Shown here: positions 41,365 to 42,821 of the stretch, in pieces
Numbering within the stretch: the stretch's first letter is position 1
Layout: each line of letters begins with the position of its first letter
Origin: Paracoccaceae bacterium
Lineage (GTDB): Bacteria > Pseudomonadota > Alphaproteobacteria > Rhodobacterales > Rhodobacteraceae
Reading direction: 5' to 3'
NCBI GenBank assembly: GCA_025458985.1
Contig: JALORM010000001.1
Coordinates: forward strand, 1-42,821
DNA: 42,821 nt
The notes under the pieces: model-generated
What the model saw: the letters and a program-made list of their open reading frames with translations, nothing else
Database searches by the model: none
What the model was told of the DNA's origin: nothing
Position numbers and translations under genes: made by a program

Positions 41365-41639
41365 TGTTCGAGGGCTACGAAAGCGACGGCTCCGGCTCCG
41401 GCGACGGCTCCGGCTACGGCTACGGCTCCGGCTCCGGTCACGGCGACGGCTACGGCGATGGCTCCGGCGATGGCTCCGGCGACGGCTCCGGCTACGGCTC
41501 CGGCTCCGGCGACGGCTTCGGCGACGGCTCCGGCTACGGCTCCGGCTCCGGCGACGGCTTCGGCGACGGCTCCGGCTACGGCTCCGGCTATGGCTCCGGC
41601 GACGGCTCCGGCTACGGCTCCGGCGACGGCTATGGCTGA
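41364..41639 (+). CDS. (X-Gly)42 dipeptide-repeat protein, acidic and lacking Lys/Arg
   Basis: The start overlaps the upstream stop (GTGATG). This frame has G or C at essentially every third position. The stop is followed by leader copy 2. Confidence 0.6.
   Translation: MFEGYESDGSGSGDGSGYGYGSGSGHGDGYGDGSGDGSGDGSGYGSGSGDGFGDGSGYGSGSGDGFGDGSGYGSGYGSGDGSGYGSGDGYG
41385..41636 (+). repeat. 6-nt periodic ggc-(tcc/tac/gac/ttc) coding microsatellite-like region
   Basis: Read directly from the sequence. Confidence 0.9.
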
Positions 41640-41685
41640 CCCTGGGCGGGGGCTCCCATCAACCACCACTCACAGGAGACCACCG
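41637..41685 (+). repeat. conserved cassette leader, copy 2
   Basis: The 39-nt core at 41642..41680 differs from 42374..42412 at 2 positions. Confidence 0.9.
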
Positions 41686-42372
41686 ATGAAGCACCTGACC
41701 CTGACCGCCTGGCACTTCACCGGCAACACCCTGCGCGACGGCCGCCCGATCCCTCCCATCGGCGAAACGCTGGTGCACGATGGGAGGGTGGTGATCTGCA
41801 AGGCGGGTCTGCACGCGAGCATCCGACCGGCGGACGCCCTGGTTCACGCGCCGGGACCAATCCTGCACCGCGTCCGTTGCGAGGAAATCGTGGACGAGGA
41901 AGCCGACAAGCTCGTCTGCCGCCGCCGCACCATCCTGGCCAGCATCGACGCGACGCAATTGCTCCGCCGGTTCGCGGCCAGCCAGGCGCTTACCGTTGAA
42001 CACCTTTGGCAAGCGCCGATGCCGGACGTGGTGCGGGAGTACCTGACCACACTGGACGACGGCTTGCGGGACGCCGCGCGGGCCTCCGCGATGGACGCCA
42101 GCGTGATCGCCGCGATGGACGCCACGATGGACGCCGCGCGGGCCTCCGCGATGGACGCCGCGCGGGACGCCGCGAGGGCCGCCGCGAGGGCCGCCGCGAT
42201 GGACGCCACGTGGGCCGCGACGAGCGCCACGGGGGCCGCCACGTGGGCCGCCTCGCGGGCCTCCGCGAGGGCCGCGATGGACGCGGCGTGGGCCGCCACG
42301 ACGGCCGCCGCGTGGGCCGACTTCGACCGGCGCGTTGGGGAGGCGTTCGCGGACACCCCGACAAGTTACTGA
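41686..42372 (+). CDS. protein with a conserved N-terminal domain and a C-terminal degenerate Ala/Asp/Trp/Met repeat region
   Basis: Internal ATG at 41686 after GGAGAC. The N-terminal domain contains ICKAGLHASIRPADALVHAPGPILHRV. The repeats are of the types AARASAMDA, AARDAARAA and TWAA. Confidence 0.7.
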   Translation: MKHLTLTAWHFTGNTLRDGRPIPPIGETLVHDGRVVICKAGLHASIRPADALVHAPGPILHRVRCEEIVDEEADKLVCRRRTILASIDATQLLRRFAASQALTVEHLWQAPMPDVVREYLTTLDDGLRDAARASAMDASVIAAMDATMDAARASAMDAARDAARAAARAAAMDATWAATSATGAATWAASRASARAAMDAAWAATTAAAWADFDRRVGEAFADTPTSY

Positions 42373-42419
42373 CCTGGGCGGGGGCGCCCACCAACCACCA
42401 CTCACAGGAGACTGACAGA
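42370..42419 (+). repeat. conserved cassette leader, copy 3
   Basis: See copy 2. It ends with AGGAGACTGACA. Confidence 0.9.
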
Positions 42420-42725
42420 ATGAAACGCCTGACCCTGACCGCCGCGCTGTTGCTCGGCACCGCCAGCGCCGCGAGCGCCACCATGGAGACCGCCGTGATC
42501 GACGGCTGCGTCGTCATCCCCATCGCCGGAACGGCCGGCACTGCCTGGCAGAAGATCGACCCGAACTGCGGCCGGTGGATGCCCAGCAGTGGCCCCCGCG
42601 CCGCTCGCGAGGTGCCGGACGACGACGAAGACCCGGACGACGACGACGACGGCGAAGACCCTGGCGACGATCCGAAAGACTGCCCGCCGAAGGACGACGA
42701 GCCCGAGACGCCGAAGAGTCACTGA
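42420..42725 (+). CDS. secreted protein (101 aa) with a signal peptide, a Cys-x19-Cys loop and a poly-acidic tail; paralogue B
   Basis: Signal peptide MKRLTLTAALLLGTASAASA; tail DDDEDPDDDDDGEDPGDDPKD. It has the same length as paralogue A. Confidence 0.65.
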   Translation: MKRLTLTAALLLGTASAASATMETAVIDGCVVIPIAGTAGTAWQKIDPNCGRWMPSSGPRAAREVPDDDEDPDDDDDGEDPGDDPKDCPPKDDEPETPKSH

Positions 42726-42747
42726 CGCTCCGGTGCCCGGCCCTGCG
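42720..42747 (+). repeat. 28-nt cassette trailer, copy 2 (includes the stop codon of paralogue B)
   Basis: Matches 40960..40987 at 27 of 28 positions. Confidence 0.85.
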
Positions 42748-42754
42748 GGGCCGG
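42737..42754 (+). other. 7-bp GC hairpin CCGGCCC-TGCG-GGGCCGG at the circular junction, without a U-tract
   Basis: Read directly from the sequence. The right arm is missing from trailer copy 1. Confidence 0.5.
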
Positions 42755-42821
42755 CATCCCGAACGCCAGAGAGGAAATCAAATGAGAACGACTGCAGAAT
42801 ACCAGGCGATGATCGTGGACG
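42741..42821. repeat. terminal direct repeat, copy 2 (contains the duplicated 5' end of the LRR gene, ATG at 42782)
   Basis: Identical to 1..81. Confidence 0.95.

Larger units (their letters stand above)
1..42740. mobile_element. one unit length of a complete temperate tailed-phage genome (circularly closed contig)
   Basis: The 81-nt exact terminal repeat closes the sequence. The window contains integrase, excisionase, repressor, terminase, portal, capsid, tail and lysis modules. Confidence 0.85.

Noticed and set aside
41380-41640. Highly periodic short repeats that could be mistaken for a CRISPR array or a non-coding satellite.
   Set aside because: The period is 6-18 nt with no unique spacers and no cas genes. 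The region is an ORF with near-total GC3, coupled to the upstream stop, so it is coding repeat DNA.
41127-41689. Alternative repeat ORFs over the same DNA: (Arg-Leu)n on the plus strand (41312..41689) and (Ala-Val-Ala-Gly)n on the minus strand (41127..41669).
   Set aside because: Both overlap the flanking genes and leader 2, and have poorer third-position GC than the X-Gly frame. They lack sensible start contexts.

Overview
This high-GC 42,821-nt window has identical first and last 81 nt, so it is one closed 42,740-bp genome of a temperate, lambda/HK97-style long-tailed phage. The host is probably an alphaproteobacterium, based on a GapR homologue, a GH108-type endolysin and strong GC3 codon bias. 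The minus strand from 38971 down to 9296 carries an early operon: a Cro-like HTH protein, a multi-HTH protein, an N6-MTase, GapR, a DUF1376-like replication protein and an iteron/ori-like region. A contiguous late operon follows on the same strand. It encodes TerS, GpA-type TerL, gpW, a lambda-type portal, a fused protease/scaffold/major capsid protein and neck proteins. It continues with the tail tube, a G/GT -1 frameshift chaperone, the tape measure and L/K/J-like tip proteins. It ends with four fibre-like proteins, a trio of related membrane proteins and a lysis cassette with overlapped spanins. The plus strand carries a CI-like repressor and a lipoprotein (39036..39855). It then carries an operator-controlled operon that runs through the circular junction. 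That operon contains repeat-bounded accessory cassettes encoding two acidic secreted paralogues, an (X-Gly)42 protein, an Ala/Asp/Trp-repeat protein and an LRR protein. It continues with a DnaN clamp, small proteins, a C5-MTase-like protein, an SNase-like nuclease, Dam, Xis, Int and an attP-like region. Genes are packed with 1-, 4- or 8-nt stop/start overlaps. The most unusual part is the accessory cassette array with conserved leaders and trailers (40541..42754 plus the LRR gene). All family calls come from motif recognition by eye; no database search or folding program was run.
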